Below are positions 1 through 9,115 of a stretch of DNA of 64,000 nucleotides, one piece after another. The stretch is taken from the IMG/VR virus record IMGVR_UViG_3300027733_000030, positions 1-64,000 of that record; one strand, 5' to 3'. Made by a program: the position numbers and the translations under genes. The first letter of the stretch is position 1. Each line of letters starts with the position of its first letter. Below the pieces are notes generated by a model. It was given only the letters and a program-made list of their open reading frames with translations. It was not told where the DNA came from and searched no databases. The stretch comes from a virus.

Positions 1-47
1 AGAGCTCATCGTTTTAGGAGCATCTATAATTTTTTTAATAAATAATT

Positions 48-674
48 TCATATTATAATTCCATTCTTTCTTCTATATTCATCTTTTAGCCTAATTATTT
101 CTTGCTTGTGTTGCATTCCCACCGTAAAGAACCAGTGTTCTGGTTTTGTGAAATGAAAAAATATCATTTCTACTTCATTCTTAGCTGGATCTGGAAATTT
201 ATTACGCCAATGATATTGGTCTTCCCCATAATACACCGCAGCTTGATTGGGTTCAAGGATCAATTCTTTTCCTTCAACATATATAGGCCATTGGGTCTTA
301 TAGGACATACACATATCAATGGTAAATGTGCAGGCATTGTCGTCTATGTGGTGCGGTAGATTCGCCCTAAATCCCTTATAGGATACCCATAAAGTATAGC
401 TAGATTGGATATCTTCTCCAAAAATATTGCGAGCCTTTGGCAATAAAGTTTTTGCGGCGTCTTCCAGGATAGGATAACCCATATCTTTATCTAGAGTATT
501 TACATGATGCCTACCTAAAATTGGTTCATATGATAAAATATTATTATCTTTAATATCTGATAATGAATTTTTTAAATAAGAAAAATATTCTGGGCTAAAA
601 ACTTCATCCATAATAAAAGCTTCTGGACGTAGATTTAAAGTTCTTCCAGTTTTGTTATCAAAATATGTTTCCAT
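48..674 (-). CDS. 2OG-Fe(II) oxygenase-like protein
   Basis: HxD motif (LPHHIDDNAC) and distal His (DQYHWR) in a DSBH-like pattern; neighbours are oxygenases. Confidence 0.65.
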   Translation of the reverse strand: METYFDNKTGRTLNLRPEAFIMDEVFSPEYFSYLKNSLSDIKDNNILSYEPILGRHHVNTLDKDMGYPILEDAAKTLLPKARNIFGEDIQSSYTLWVSYKGFRANLPHHIDDNACTFTIDMCMSYKTQWPIYVEGKELILEPNQAAVYYGEDQYHWRNKFPDPAKNEVEMIFFHFTKPEHWFFTVGMQHKQEIIRLKDEYRRKNGIII

Positions 675-681
675 AATATTT

Positions 682-1377
682 TTATTTTTCTTGTGGCATT
701 GGTGTAGAGGAAATAATTATTTCTTTATTTTCGTCCTGCATTGTAGTATTGATTATAAATGTACTGATTATCCATTTGTCATCAGAAATTGGAACACAAC
801 CTTGATGTGGGTGAGTCCAGTGGGCTGGGAATAAAGATATAGATCCAGCTTTAGCTGGAACCATTACACTGTGTTCACGAAAATATGTTTCTCCACCTAT
901 TTCTACATCATTTAGATAAATAACTGCACCTAGGACGCGATCACGAGCACCGTCATGGCCCATTCCACCATCTATATGCTCTCGATAAAATCCAATACCT
1001 CTTTTATATTCTTGAACTCTAAATCCAGTATCTCGTATATTATCCCATTCCCATAGGGACTTAAATTGTTCTCGATAATATTCTATACATTGAAAAAGAT
1101 TTTGCACAATAGCTTGTTCGTATATACTAAGGGGATTAAGAGGAACATTGTTCGCTAGTAAATTATCACAAGACAAACCAGTGTCCATGCTATTTTTTAC
1201 AGACGGATTAATGCCACCTAGAGTAGGACCAGGAGAAAATAATTGAGAGTAATACTTCTTAAATTGACTTATGGAATCAGAGCATATTGATTTATCAATA
1301 ATATTTTCTGCCACCATTATTGCGCCACTTTTTCCAGCAGGCCAATAAAAATTAGTATTACTCATCAAATTCTCCAA
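682..1377 (-). CDS. prolyl-4-hydroxylase-like 2OG-Fe(II) oxygenase
   Basis: FYREHID (HxD), VIYLNDVEIGGETYF, HPHQG, KWIISTF. Confidence 0.85.
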   Translation of the reverse strand: MENLMSNTNFYWPAGKSGAIMVAENIIDKSICSDSISQFKKYYSQLFSPGPTLGGINPSVKNSMDTGLSCDNLLANNVPLNPLSIYEQAIVQNLFQCIEYYREQFKSLWEWDNIRDTGFRVQEYKRGIGFYREHIDGGMGHDGARDRVLGAVIYLNDVEIGGETYFREHSVMVPAKAGSISLFPAHWTHPHQGCVPISDDKWIISTFIINTTMQDENKEIIISSTPMPQEK

Positions 1378-1380
1378 ATT

Positions 1381-1617
1381 TTAAAGTGTTAAAAAAGTTT
1401 CATATACATCTAAAACATCACGAAGATGACGTTCCATACTATTCTTCCATGTATCTGAATTAGATAATGGAGTCCATAAAAATTTTCCATCAACTAATTC
1501 TAGTGTCTCTGGATTTATCCCCGCAGTTATTGCGGCAGTATAAAGTTCTAGTTCTAAATTTTTTCTAGCAGATTGTTTGATTAATCTTTTTTGATTTTCT
1601 GATAATATGAGTTCCAT
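1381..1617 (-). CDS. small helical protein, paralog of 5575..5823 and 4565..4834
   Basis: 78 aa; LELELYTAAITAGINPETLE aligns with LKEQLWMTLIDAGLTPENLD. Confidence 0.7.
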   Translation of the reverse strand: MELILSENQKRLIKQSARKNLELELYTAAITAGINPETLELVDGKFLWTPLSNSDTWKNSMERHLRDVLDVYETFLTL

Positions 1618-1629
1618 TATATCTCCCTG

Positions 1630-2442
1630 TTATTTTGATCTAAAAATTTTTTGAAAGAATGATTTATTTTCAGTTTCTATAGAATTATCTACTTCACGCT
1701 GCATTTTTTTATATTTACTCTTTTGATTACGTGGCATGAACGGCCCACCAAATCCTCTATGATTCAACATATGATAAGTTGATTCATCGCCCCAAAGTAT
1801 TTCTGTCGATTTACTTCTTTCAAAAGGAATAACGTGCCAGATAGGTCTACCTATTTCTAACTCAAAAGGTTGATCAGTTAATATATTCATGACCATATTT
1901 GCATGATGATAGTAATCAGTATGGACTATGGCTGGCAACATTGTATAATTTGGATTTGGATCCCAAAGTGGAGGAAGAAAAAGACATGACCATCCTGGGG
2001 CTGTTTTAATTAACCAGGGATTTATAACTTTAATATAGTTAGCTTTTTCTATTTTTCTCACTTTTGTAACAGGACACTCTCCTGTCTGCCCATAGTTAAA
2101 GCCCTCTATGCCAAAGTCGCCCCTATTATGTGCTAGATCAAATTGAGTTTCCCAGCGAGTACGATCCAATGATGGCCTAAACATTAACTTAGCCCACAAA
2201 GGTATTGTAAATCCTACTGAAAGATAATCTGATGTACCAGAGCAGCGCTTTAAACTTCCCTCCTCACCACTCAAGGCTTTCCACCAATCCGGCCAATTGC
2301 CAAGATTTTCATAAGGAATGCATGAGTCATCCATGAGAAGTGCTGACTCGGGGGTTAACAGTACTTGACCTTTTTTTAATTTTGGAATATCATTAAAAGT
2401 TTTTGCACTAACTATTTGCAACTTCTGCGAGCGCTTCTGCAT
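1630..2442 (-). CDS. conserved phage hypothetical protein of oxygenase/halogenase clusters
   Basis: 270-aa ORF with FTIPLW, INPWLIKTAPGWSCLFLPP, LPAIVHTDYY motifs that I recall from proteins beside phage 2OG oxygenases (unverified); start uncertain. Confidence 0.55.
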   Translation of the reverse strand: MQKRSQKLQIVSAKTFNDIPKLKKGQVLLTPESALLMDDSCIPYENLGNWPDWWKALSGEEGSLKRCSGTSDYLSVGFTIPLWAKLMFRPSLDRTRWETQFDLAHNRGDFGIEGFNYGQTGECPVTKVRKIEKANYIKVINPWLIKTAPGWSCLFLPPLWDPNPNYTMLPAIVHTDYYHHANMVMNILTDQPFELEIGRPIWHVIPFERSKSTEILWGDESTYHMLNHRGFGGPFMPRNQKSKYKKMQREVDNSIETENKSFFQKIFRSK

Positions 2443-3883
2443 GATCTACCAATCTTTGTGTAACTAATTGTTTAGTAAAATTCGTTGTATATTCTAACAC
2501 ATCTTTGCGTGAATTGTATGCGTCAAGTTGAATTGAAGCCATTTGCGGATTAAGAACACCTTGCCCTTGAGCAACATGCCATAAGTGCGCTGCTCCAAAA
2601 AGTTCATAATTAGTAGATGGAATATCGGAAATTTCAGGACCACGAACATTCCATAATTGAAGCAGATGTTGCAAAAGTTCTGGCCGATCTGCTTTTTGCT
2701 GGGCTTTCCACATTTCTGTATCATTTCTATCTGAAACATAATGAAGGGAAATCATACAGAGAATATTATTCATCATCGAGTCCATAATTCGATGATACTC
2801 TTTAATTCCATATGTACGATTTTTCTCAAACGTTGGAAGGTAAGAACATATTAATCGAGCTTGTTGAATAGAAGTAGAAATAGATGTAGCCTCAAGTGGC
2901 TCAACAAAAGCTGCGGCTAAACCCACAGCAATGCAGTTATTCTTCCACGTTTCCTTGAAGTACCCTGCCTTAAAGTTAATTACTTTTGCCGGAACAACTT
3001 CGAAACCATGAACTTGAGAAGCCTCCGCTATAGCTTGATCTACAGTACAAAAATCAGAAGAGAATACATATCCATTACCCCGTCTTTTTTGTGTAGGTAT
3101 TTCCCACATCCAACCATTCTTAAGAGCACGGGCTCTAGTATATGGCCTTATTTGTCCAGAAGGATCTGATTCAGTTGGGAATGCAATCGCGGTGTCACAA
3201 GGAAGATATTTTCTATAATCTACAAAAGTTTGATCAGCTATTTTACTAAGAATTTTTCTATTAAATCCTGTGGCGTCTACAAAAAAGTCACCTGAAATTT
3301 CTTTATTTGATTCAGATAAGATAATTGACTCTATAAACCCATCTTGGTCAAGATTGACATCGATAACTTCATCGTCAATAAATACTATGCCTTTATTTTT
3401 TGAGAATTTAACTAAGTACTCATTTAATTTAAAGGTATCAAAATGATATTGATTAGTACCAAAATGAGTTTTTTCACCGTGGTCAATTATTTTATTTTCT
3501 ACCAATCCACGCCAAGAATAAGTATTAGTAAGTAGTCTATTGTTTTCTAAAGCACTAGAGTAACCAGCCCAAAACGTCCCTGCGGTTGGACCTATATCTC
3601 CTACGCTATGAAAATAGTCTGGAGTATGATTTGTCCAATTTTCATATCTAATTCCATATTTATGCGTAATATCAACTTCTTTAATCATGGTATGAACGTC
3701 TATTCCTACCAGCTCCTGGAACATTCTCCAATGTTCAGTAGAGCCCTCACCAACACCTATGATACCCTGTTTACTAGAAGAAACTATTATTACATTATAG
3801 TCTTTGAAAAAAGCTTTAATAATTAAAGCGGTTACCAATCCAGCTGTGCCAGATCCAACTATGACAATTTTTTTTTGATTCAT
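2408..3883 (-). CDS. flavin-dependent halogenase, tryptophan halogenase (PrnA-like) family
   Basis: GSGTAG FAD motif, GVGEG, THKYGI (catalytic Lys position), GWMWEIP (WxWxIP), FVEPLEATSI. Confidence 0.92.
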   Translation of the reverse strand: MNQKKIVIVGSGTAGLVTALIIKAFFKDYNVIIVSSSKQGIIGVGEGSTEHWRMFQELVGIDVHTMIKEVDITHKYGIRYENWTNHTPDYFHSVGDIGPTAGTFWAGYSSALENNRLLTNTYSWRGLVENKIIDHGEKTHFGTNQYHFDTFKLNEYLVKFSKNKGIVFIDDEVIDVNLDQDGFIESIILSESNKEISGDFFVDATGFNRKILSKIADQTFVDYRKYLPCDTAIAFPTESDPSGQIRPYTRARALKNGWMWEIPTQKRRGNGYVFSSDFCTVDQAIAEASQVHGFEVVPAKVINFKAGYFKETWKNNCIAVGLAAAFVEPLEATSISTSIQQARLICSYLPTFEKNRTYGIKEYHRIMDSMMNNILCMISLHYVSDRNDTEMWKAQQKADRPELLQHLLQLWNVRGPEISDIPSTNYELFGAAHLWHVAQGQGVLNPQMASIQLDAYNSRKDVLEYTTNFTKQLVTQRLVDHAEALAEVANS

Positions 3884-4578
3884 AATTTAACAACGTAGAT
3901 TATAGAAGTACCGACAGGAATATGAAAAACGTATTTATCACTATCATTACATAGTCTTTCAAGATATTCATAGAAAGGATGCATATCTTTTGTGGAGTAT
4001 ACTGAACCAAAATCGCTGAACGAAGATACTATCATGCATCCGCCTGGAGATATATGGTCCCAAATATTATCAATAAGCTGTGTGTCATGACTAAATAATT
4101 CAAAGTCAATGACCGCTAAATCATAATCATCGTCAAAGTTTTTTGCTTCAATGTCTTGAAAGGAAATAACTTTCGAATCATCTAACTGCTCACCTAAGTA
4201 ATTCTCTAAGTAATAAGTATTAATTATATTAATGAAATGAGAATTAGGAACAAGATTCTTTAGAGTTGAACCCATTGCAAAACTGATCATTCCAGAAAAT
4301 ACTTTATTTGGCTTTGACAGGTGTATTGCTAATTCAATGAACGATCTACCAATAATTTCTATATCAAATCCAGGACTATCTGAGTTTGTTAAAAGGCCAA
4401 AATAATTTAATTGCAGAGACATACCAAGAGCAGCTCTGCTTCTATCTGCTCCAGTAGACTGTTCTTCTAATAAGAAAGAATTATAGTTATCACACATACT
4501 CTGTTTATCTATTTGTGTAGATAAATTATTGGATAATATATTTGCTATTTTCAATACATCATAATTAGACATTTTCAA
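3880..4578 (-). CDS. class I SAM-dependent methyltransferase-like protein (divergent)
   Basis: C-terminal YDLAVID...IWDHISPGGCMIV pattern; glycine-rich motif I not clear. Confidence 0.45.
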   Translation of the reverse strand: MKMSNYDVLKIANILSNNLSTQIDKQSMCDNYNSFLLEEQSTGADRSRAALGMSLQLNYFGLLTNSDSPGFDIEIIGRSFIELAIHLSKPNKVFSGMISFAMGSTLKNLVPNSHFINIINTYYLENYLGEQLDDSKVISFQDIEAKNFDDDYDLAVIDFELFSHDTQLIDNIWDHISPGGCMIVSSFSDFGSVYSTKDMHPFYEYLERLCNDSDKYVFHIPVGTSIIYVVKL

Positions 4579-4834
4579 TTCTCCATTTTAAACTTTTATA
4601 CATATACCAAAAGCGACGTATTGACAATTGATTCAATCTTAATTTGGCGTATCGACTTCTATCAATCGGAGATAATTCATCACATTCGGAGGATCCAAAA
4701 GTATTGGAACATGAGTTCATTAAATCATTTAAAGTTAAATTATCTATGTCTTCTATAGACATTCCTATAGTTTCACACAAAGTGCCTAATTGTTGAACGA
4801 CGTACTCATAATCTTCCGTTAATCTATAGCCCAT
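4565..4834 (-). CDS. small acidic protein, distant paralog of 5575..5823
   Basis: 89 aa, overlaps both neighbours; VVQQLGTLCETIGMSIEDID aligns with the shared motif. Confidence 0.65.
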   Translation of the reverse strand: MGYRLTEDYEYVVQQLGTLCETIGMSIEDIDNLTLNDLMNSCSNTFGSSECDELSPIDRSRYAKLRLNQLSIRRFWYMYKSLKWRIENV

Positions 4835-4988
4835 CCATATCTCCTATGTTTTCATTTCCAAAAATAATTGGACTGTCTAACATTGCGCACCATAAAATAT
4901 TTTCATCTTTTATCATTCTTGAATTCTCAGTGTCAAAAATTATATCTTGTAGATTTTCTACATTTGGATATTCATTTTCTGGATTCAT
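4824..4988 (-). CDS. 54-aa acidic peptide (not in ORF track)
   Basis: MNPENEYPNVENLQDIIFDTENSRMIKDENILWCAMLDSPIIFGNENIGDMDGL; ATGA overlap with the upstream oxygenase stop; fills the gap exactly. Confidence 0.6.
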   Translation of the reverse strand: MNPENEYPNVENLQDIIFDTENSRMIKDENILWCAMLDSPIIFGNENIGDMDGL

Positions 4989-5575
4989 CTAAACCACGTC
5001 ACTAAAGAATATTTAATTGAATTATCATTAGAACCAACGGGTTCTGCTATATGTATATATGGGAAATTAGAAGGGAACATTATAACTGTTCCGGCCTTGG
5101 GCTTAATCGATACATTAAATCTTGGGAAAGTTAAATTTCCACCCGAGTAACCATCATTTAAAAAGGCAACTAAACTTAACACTCTATTGTTTGTATTGAA
5201 ATGATCATGGTGAGCTGTATACTCTGCACCACCGCCATATTTTAATACTCTATATCCTTCATCAGCTTCAAGATCTAATTCAAAATTATTTCTATAATCC
5301 CAAACAATTGGATCTATCTTAGCCCAAAGATCATTCCACTCTTTAGCTAGAGGCTTAACTCTTTCAATTTGAATATCTCCTGCCCCTAAAGGGGTCAGTT
5401 CACATCCTAGCGAAGTGCGTTTATCAGATACTTCACCGCTTCCCACAGTCGAGCGTTGCCAATTAAGATAACCCCATTGTTGACTGCATTCTTCTTCTAA
5501 TAATTTTAAAAAAATAGAAGCGTTAAATGCATTATCGTATTGAGCAATACAGGTACCATGTTCAGTAAATTTCAT
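4985..5575 (-). CDS. prolyl-4-hydroxylase-like 2OG-Fe(II) oxygenase
   Basis: YTAHHD, SLVAFLNDGYSGGNLTF, FPSNFPYIH, KYSLVTWF. Confidence 0.88.
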   Translation of the reverse strand: MKFTEHGTCIAQYDNAFNASIFLKLLEEECSQQWGYLNWQRSTVGSGEVSDKRTSLGCELTPLGAGDIQIERVKPLAKEWNDLWAKIDPIVWDYRNNFELDLEADEGYRVLKYGGGAEYTAHHDHFNTNNRVLSLVAFLNDGYSGGNLTFPRFNVSIKPKAGTVIMFPSNFPYIHIAEPVGSNDNSIKYSLVTWFR

Positions 5576-5823
5576 TATGCAGGCAGCTCCGACTTAATTT
5601 GCTCTGTGTTATTAATCTGATCTATCATTAGAATAACTTGAGCTCTAAGATGCGCGTTCTGATCAGAAATTTCTGTATCTGGATCAAAATTATCCATGTC
5701 AAGATTTTCCGGTGTGAGCCCTGCATCAATAAGCGTCATCCACAATTGTTCTTTGAGGGATGTAATTCTTACTGAAAGGATTTGATTTTTACGTTCATTA
5801 GTTATTGAATTAAAAAATGTCAT
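5575..5823 (-). CDS. small helical protein, first gene of the tailoring operon
   Basis: 82 aa; AAGGAG RBS upstream; paralog of 1381..1617. Confidence 0.75.
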   Translation of the reverse strand: MTFFNSITNERKNQILSVRITSLKEQLWMTLIDAGLTPENLDMDNFDPDTEISDQNAHLRAQVILMIDQINNTEQIKSELPA

Positions 5824-5848
5824 TTTTTCTCCTTAATTGTGATTGTAT

Positions 5849-5857
5849 ATTATACCA
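5849..5857 (-). promoter_or_regulatory. extended -10 sigma70-type promoter (TGGTATAAT)
   Basis: TGnTATAAT in the intergenic gap, about 25 nt upstream of the 5823 start. Confidence 0.6.
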
Positions 5858-5865
5858 TATTTTTT

Positions 5866-7728
5866 TTAAATATCTATTAACTTAGAATAATTAGAATGGC
5901 CAATTTGATTTGTCGCATTAAAGTTGCCCGGATTTCGAGTAACAAGAATTATACCACCAGTTGAACCAGTAACTCCTGTGCCACCTGGATTAGCTGCTCC
6001 AGCTGCTCCAGCTGCTCCACCAGTGCCTCCAGTATAGTTGGCATTTGTGGCATTGTGGTTTGGCGCTGCTGCTCTATTGCTAGTAACGGCGCCTGTTGAA
6101 ACGTTTAAAGTAGCAGCTGTATGCGGGTGTGATCCAGCATTATAGCCAGCGGGATGCGGATTCCCGCTATGAGGAGCCGTACCCGTACTGCCAGCTGGGT
6201 GAGGAGTACTGCCTGCCGGATGAGGATGATGTCCAGCATGATGATGATTTCCTCCCGTATGTCCTAGTGTATTTGCTGTATGGGGCACGCCTGCAGGTCC
6301 AGCATTTGTAGCTGGGTGTGGACCTGTTGGACTATGGTGATGGCCGTGACCAGCATTAGTGTAAACATGACCATTATGATGATCGTTTCTTCCTGAATTA
6401 GGGAATGCTCCCGCAGCGTGAGAATACGGATGATTGCCGGCGTTGTGATTGCCCGCATTATGAGTGGCAGCAGTGTGTCCAGAGCCGGGGTTGTGGTTTC
6501 CATTTTTTGAGTTGATAACATTACCATTATGGTTAGTATTCCCGCCAGTTCCAGTTCCACCATGTGTCCAGTGCTGCGCGGGCACATGTGCTGCATTTGA
6601 TGTTGAGTTATGGCCTGATACACCAGGGCCATTCACTGGGTGATGATGATGTCCAGTGCCTGCATTATGGGCAGATCCTCCATTATGGGCAATTATATAC
6701 GTAATATATGGGCCGGTACGGTGAGTTACTGCATTATGACCATGGGATCCATGAGCGTGGTTTTCTGAAGTTGGATGATTTCCAGCAGCTATGTGTAGCA
6801 CTGCGTTATGAGGATTAGCGTGCGGTCCCCCATCTGGATGGGGGTGCGATCCTGCAGGGTGCGGATGGGCTCCAGCGTTATGACTAGCTGCGTATGGGGT
6901 TCCTGTAGTAGCCGTAACTACGACGCCGCCCGTAGTATGGGGATAATTTCCTAAAGTGTGGTATGCAGTTATGCTAGGAGCAGAGTTTCCTGCGGTACCA
7001 GAGTTACCCTGTGTAGCTGGGTTGCCTGCGGATCCAGCAGCTCCATAACTCACTAAAGTTCCAGAGCCTGCAATTGTTTTAGCGAAAATAATAACCAATC
7101 CACCACCAAGACCACCAGCGCCACCAGTTCCAGCTGTTGCCGGATTACCAGCGGTACTAGCATTACCTGCACCACCAGCTTGACCTGTCAAGGCTCCAGG
7201 AAAGTTTCCGGCGTTTCCAGCGAATGGACCCGTTGCAGCTGAAGTAATGCTTCCAGCACTTCCTTGGGCCCCTAATGAACCTGCACCAATTTTGGTAATA
7301 GTTCCCGCGCCAGTAATAAACCATCCAGATACTGAATCGTCTAAGTCATAAAGATCCGTTACGGATATAGTATCTGTACTCGTACCCCAAGCTTTAGATG
7401 GATTGAGGGAAGTTTGTCTTCCGGCAATTGTTCCACTTCCATCTGTTACAGAGTGAGTAACTGCGGCGGGCATACCAACTGTTCCGTTATTTGTGAAAGT
7501 TCCATTGACAAAAATGCGGAATCCATTTGTAAATAATGTAACACCACTATTAACCGTAAGATTAGTACAGTATATATCTTTTACTAATTTATAAACGTTT
7601 GAAGTTGGAGCTAATGAAATTACTGTAGCTGTGCCGTCAAATGTAGCTGCGCTATCAGTACCTTCTCCAAAAATAGCGTCTCCGCCTTCTCTCTGAACAA
7701 TAGGTCTGTTTGTTCTTTTAATCGCCAT
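5866..7728 (-). CDS. Gly-rich virion/fibre protein with a long His-rich insertion
   Basis: 620 aa; about 54 His counted in roughly 285 aa; HNAG and HPHPAG repeats; N-terminal domain paralogous to 7730..8548. Confidence 0.75.
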   Translation of the reverse strand: MAIKRTNRPIVQREGGDAIFGEGTDSAATFDGTATVISLAPTSNVYKLVKDIYCTNLTVNSGVTLFTNGFRIFVNGTFTNNGTVGMPAAVTHSVTDGSGTIAGRQTSLNPSKAWGTSTDTISVTDLYDLDDSVSGWFITGAGTITKIGAGSLGAQGSAGSITSAATGPFAGNAGNFPGALTGQAGGAGNASTAGNPATAGTGGAGGLGGGLVIIFAKTIAGSGTLVSYGAAGSAGNPATQGNSGTAGNSAPSITAYHTLGNYPHTTGGVVVTATTGTPYAASHNAGAHPHPAGSHPHPDGGPHANPHNAVLHIAAGNHPTSENHAHGSHGHNAVTHRTGPYITYIIAHNGGSAHNAGTGHHHHPVNGPGVSGHNSTSNAAHVPAQHWTHGGTGTGGNTNHNGNVINSKNGNHNPGSGHTAATHNAGNHNAGNHPYSHAAGAFPNSGRNDHHNGHVYTNAGHGHHHSPTGPHPATNAGPAGVPHTANTLGHTGGNHHHAGHHPHPAGSTPHPAGSTGTAPHSGNPHPAGYNAGSHPHTAATLNVSTGAVTSNRAAAPNHNATNANYTGGTGGAAGAAGAANPGGTGVTGSTGGIILVTRNPGNFNATNQIGHSNYSKLIDI

Positions 7729-7729
7729 T

Positions 7730-8548
7730 TTATACTACCTGTGAATAAATAACAGTACCCGCACTACAACCAGTTCCACCAGTAACATCGGTTGATACGC
7801 CAGAAGTCAGAACTCCAGCAGATGAAATAATAATTATTACTCCACCTCCACCGCCGCCAGAACCAGAAGTCCCAGGCGCTTTAATTGTAGCTGCTGCTGT
7901 AGTGCTAGAAAGACCAATGTATCGCGCCGCAAGAATCACTACTCCTCCGCCTAGACCTACTGTGCCCCCTGCGCCACCTCTCAATGGCGTAGGGGTTAAA
8001 GATGTACCAGTAATAGAGTAACCCTTTATTGCCTGAAAGGGTTGATAGTAATAATTAGTTCCTCCCGTAGCTGCAGTGGGTGCTACTGCTGAGTAAGACG
8101 CACTGGAACCACCAAGACTGTGGGCTACTGGCGATGTTGAAGCGTTATTTATAGCTCCCCCCTGCTGAATAGAACCAGTAGTGCCAAATCCTGTTGTATG
8201 ACCTATTACAGATAGATTTCCAAGCGTTAAAACATTTTGAACAAAAATTCTGTACCCTGCGGGATTTAGTCTAATGTTATCATCAATTATTAAATTAAGT
8301 GTAAATATATCCTGCGTCATAGTAAATACGCTGGCACTATATGTTAGCCCTAGTGAAGTTGTAGCTGATGAATATGTTCCCGCAGCTCCATTTGTTGTAT
8401 TCAACGTTGCCGTCCCGTGCGCAGCAGAACCATAAACTGGATCTGGAGCATCAAGAAAGCCAGTCAAGTTAGAGTTCGCTTTTGACGTTGTTGATGGTCC
8501 AGAGGCGACGCTGAGACCACCTCCATTCGTAAAAATGAACTTTCCCAT
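7730..8548 (-). CDS. Gly-rich virion/fibre protein
   Basis: 272 aa; QDIFTLNLIIDDNIRLNPAGYRIFV matches KDIYCTNLTVNSGVTLFTNGFRIFV of the neighbour; GGGVVILAA motif. Confidence 0.7.
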   Translation of the reverse strand: MGKFIFTNGGGLSVASGPSTTSKANSNLTGFLDAPDPVYGSAAHGTATLNTTNGAAGTYSSATTSLGLTYSASVFTMTQDIFTLNLIIDDNIRLNPAGYRIFVQNVLTLGNLSVIGHTTGFGTTGSIQQGGAINNASTSPVAHSLGGSSASYSAVAPTAATGGTNYYYQPFQAIKGYSITGTSLTPTPLRGGAGGTVGLGGGVVILAARYIGLSSTTAAATIKAPGTSGSGGGGGGVIIIISSAGVLTSGVSTDVTGGTGCSAGTVIYSQVV

Positions 8549-8549
8549 T

Positions 8550-8927
8550 TTAGTATCCTACGTATCCATTAATCATATAGTTAACTGACGTTGAACTTGC
8601 AAGTCCACGTATGTTGTCTGAATACGTATAGTTTGGCGTAGCCGCACTACCGTTATTATTATACATTACAACGGAAGTCGATAAAGTAACTGTTTCGTTA
8701 GCTGCAAGTGATAATGAGTTAACAAAAATATGCGAACTTGCTACAGTTACTCCATATGGTTTCAAATACAAGGTTACTGTTTGAGTAGAGGCAGATGTAT
8801 TGCACAGTATTATTTCTTTAATTACAACGGTGGTTACTTGTCCCGCGTTATATGGGGCAGTATATAGGTCTGCGGCTGACGTGCTAAATGCCGATGGACC
8901 AACAAGTCTAGTTGGTGTCATAGCCAT
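8550..8927 (-). CDS. small beta-rich virion structural protein
   Basis: 125 aa, LYTAP...VIKEIILCNTS pattern typical of small phage tail-associated proteins; tight operon. Confidence 0.6.
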   Translation of the reverse strand: MAMTPTRLVGPSAFSTSAADLYTAPYNAGQVTTVVIKEIILCNTSASTQTVTLYLKPYGVTVASSHIFVNSLSLAANETVTLSTSVVMYNNNGSAATPNYTYSDNIRGLASSTSVNYMINGYVGY

Positions 8928-9115
8928 TAGATGACCTCCATTATACTTCGTACTTCAGCAGTTCCCAAAGGAACTGATGCTTGTTTCAATGCTGATGTGG
9001 CAGAAGTTTGATTAGCGGTATCCACCGCATCTCGTGCAGTTTCTTGGGGTGCAGTGTAGTTAGCTGTTGTTTCCGTATTGGCGGAACCATCATATGTATA
9101 TAACACTCTTGTCAT
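8927..9115 (-). CDS. hypothetical protein
   Basis: 62 aa, AGGAG RBS, TAATG overlap with the downstream gene. Confidence 0.6.
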   Translation of the reverse strand: MTRVLYTYDGSANTETTANYTAPQETARDAVDTANQTSATSALKQASVPLGTAEVRSIMEVI

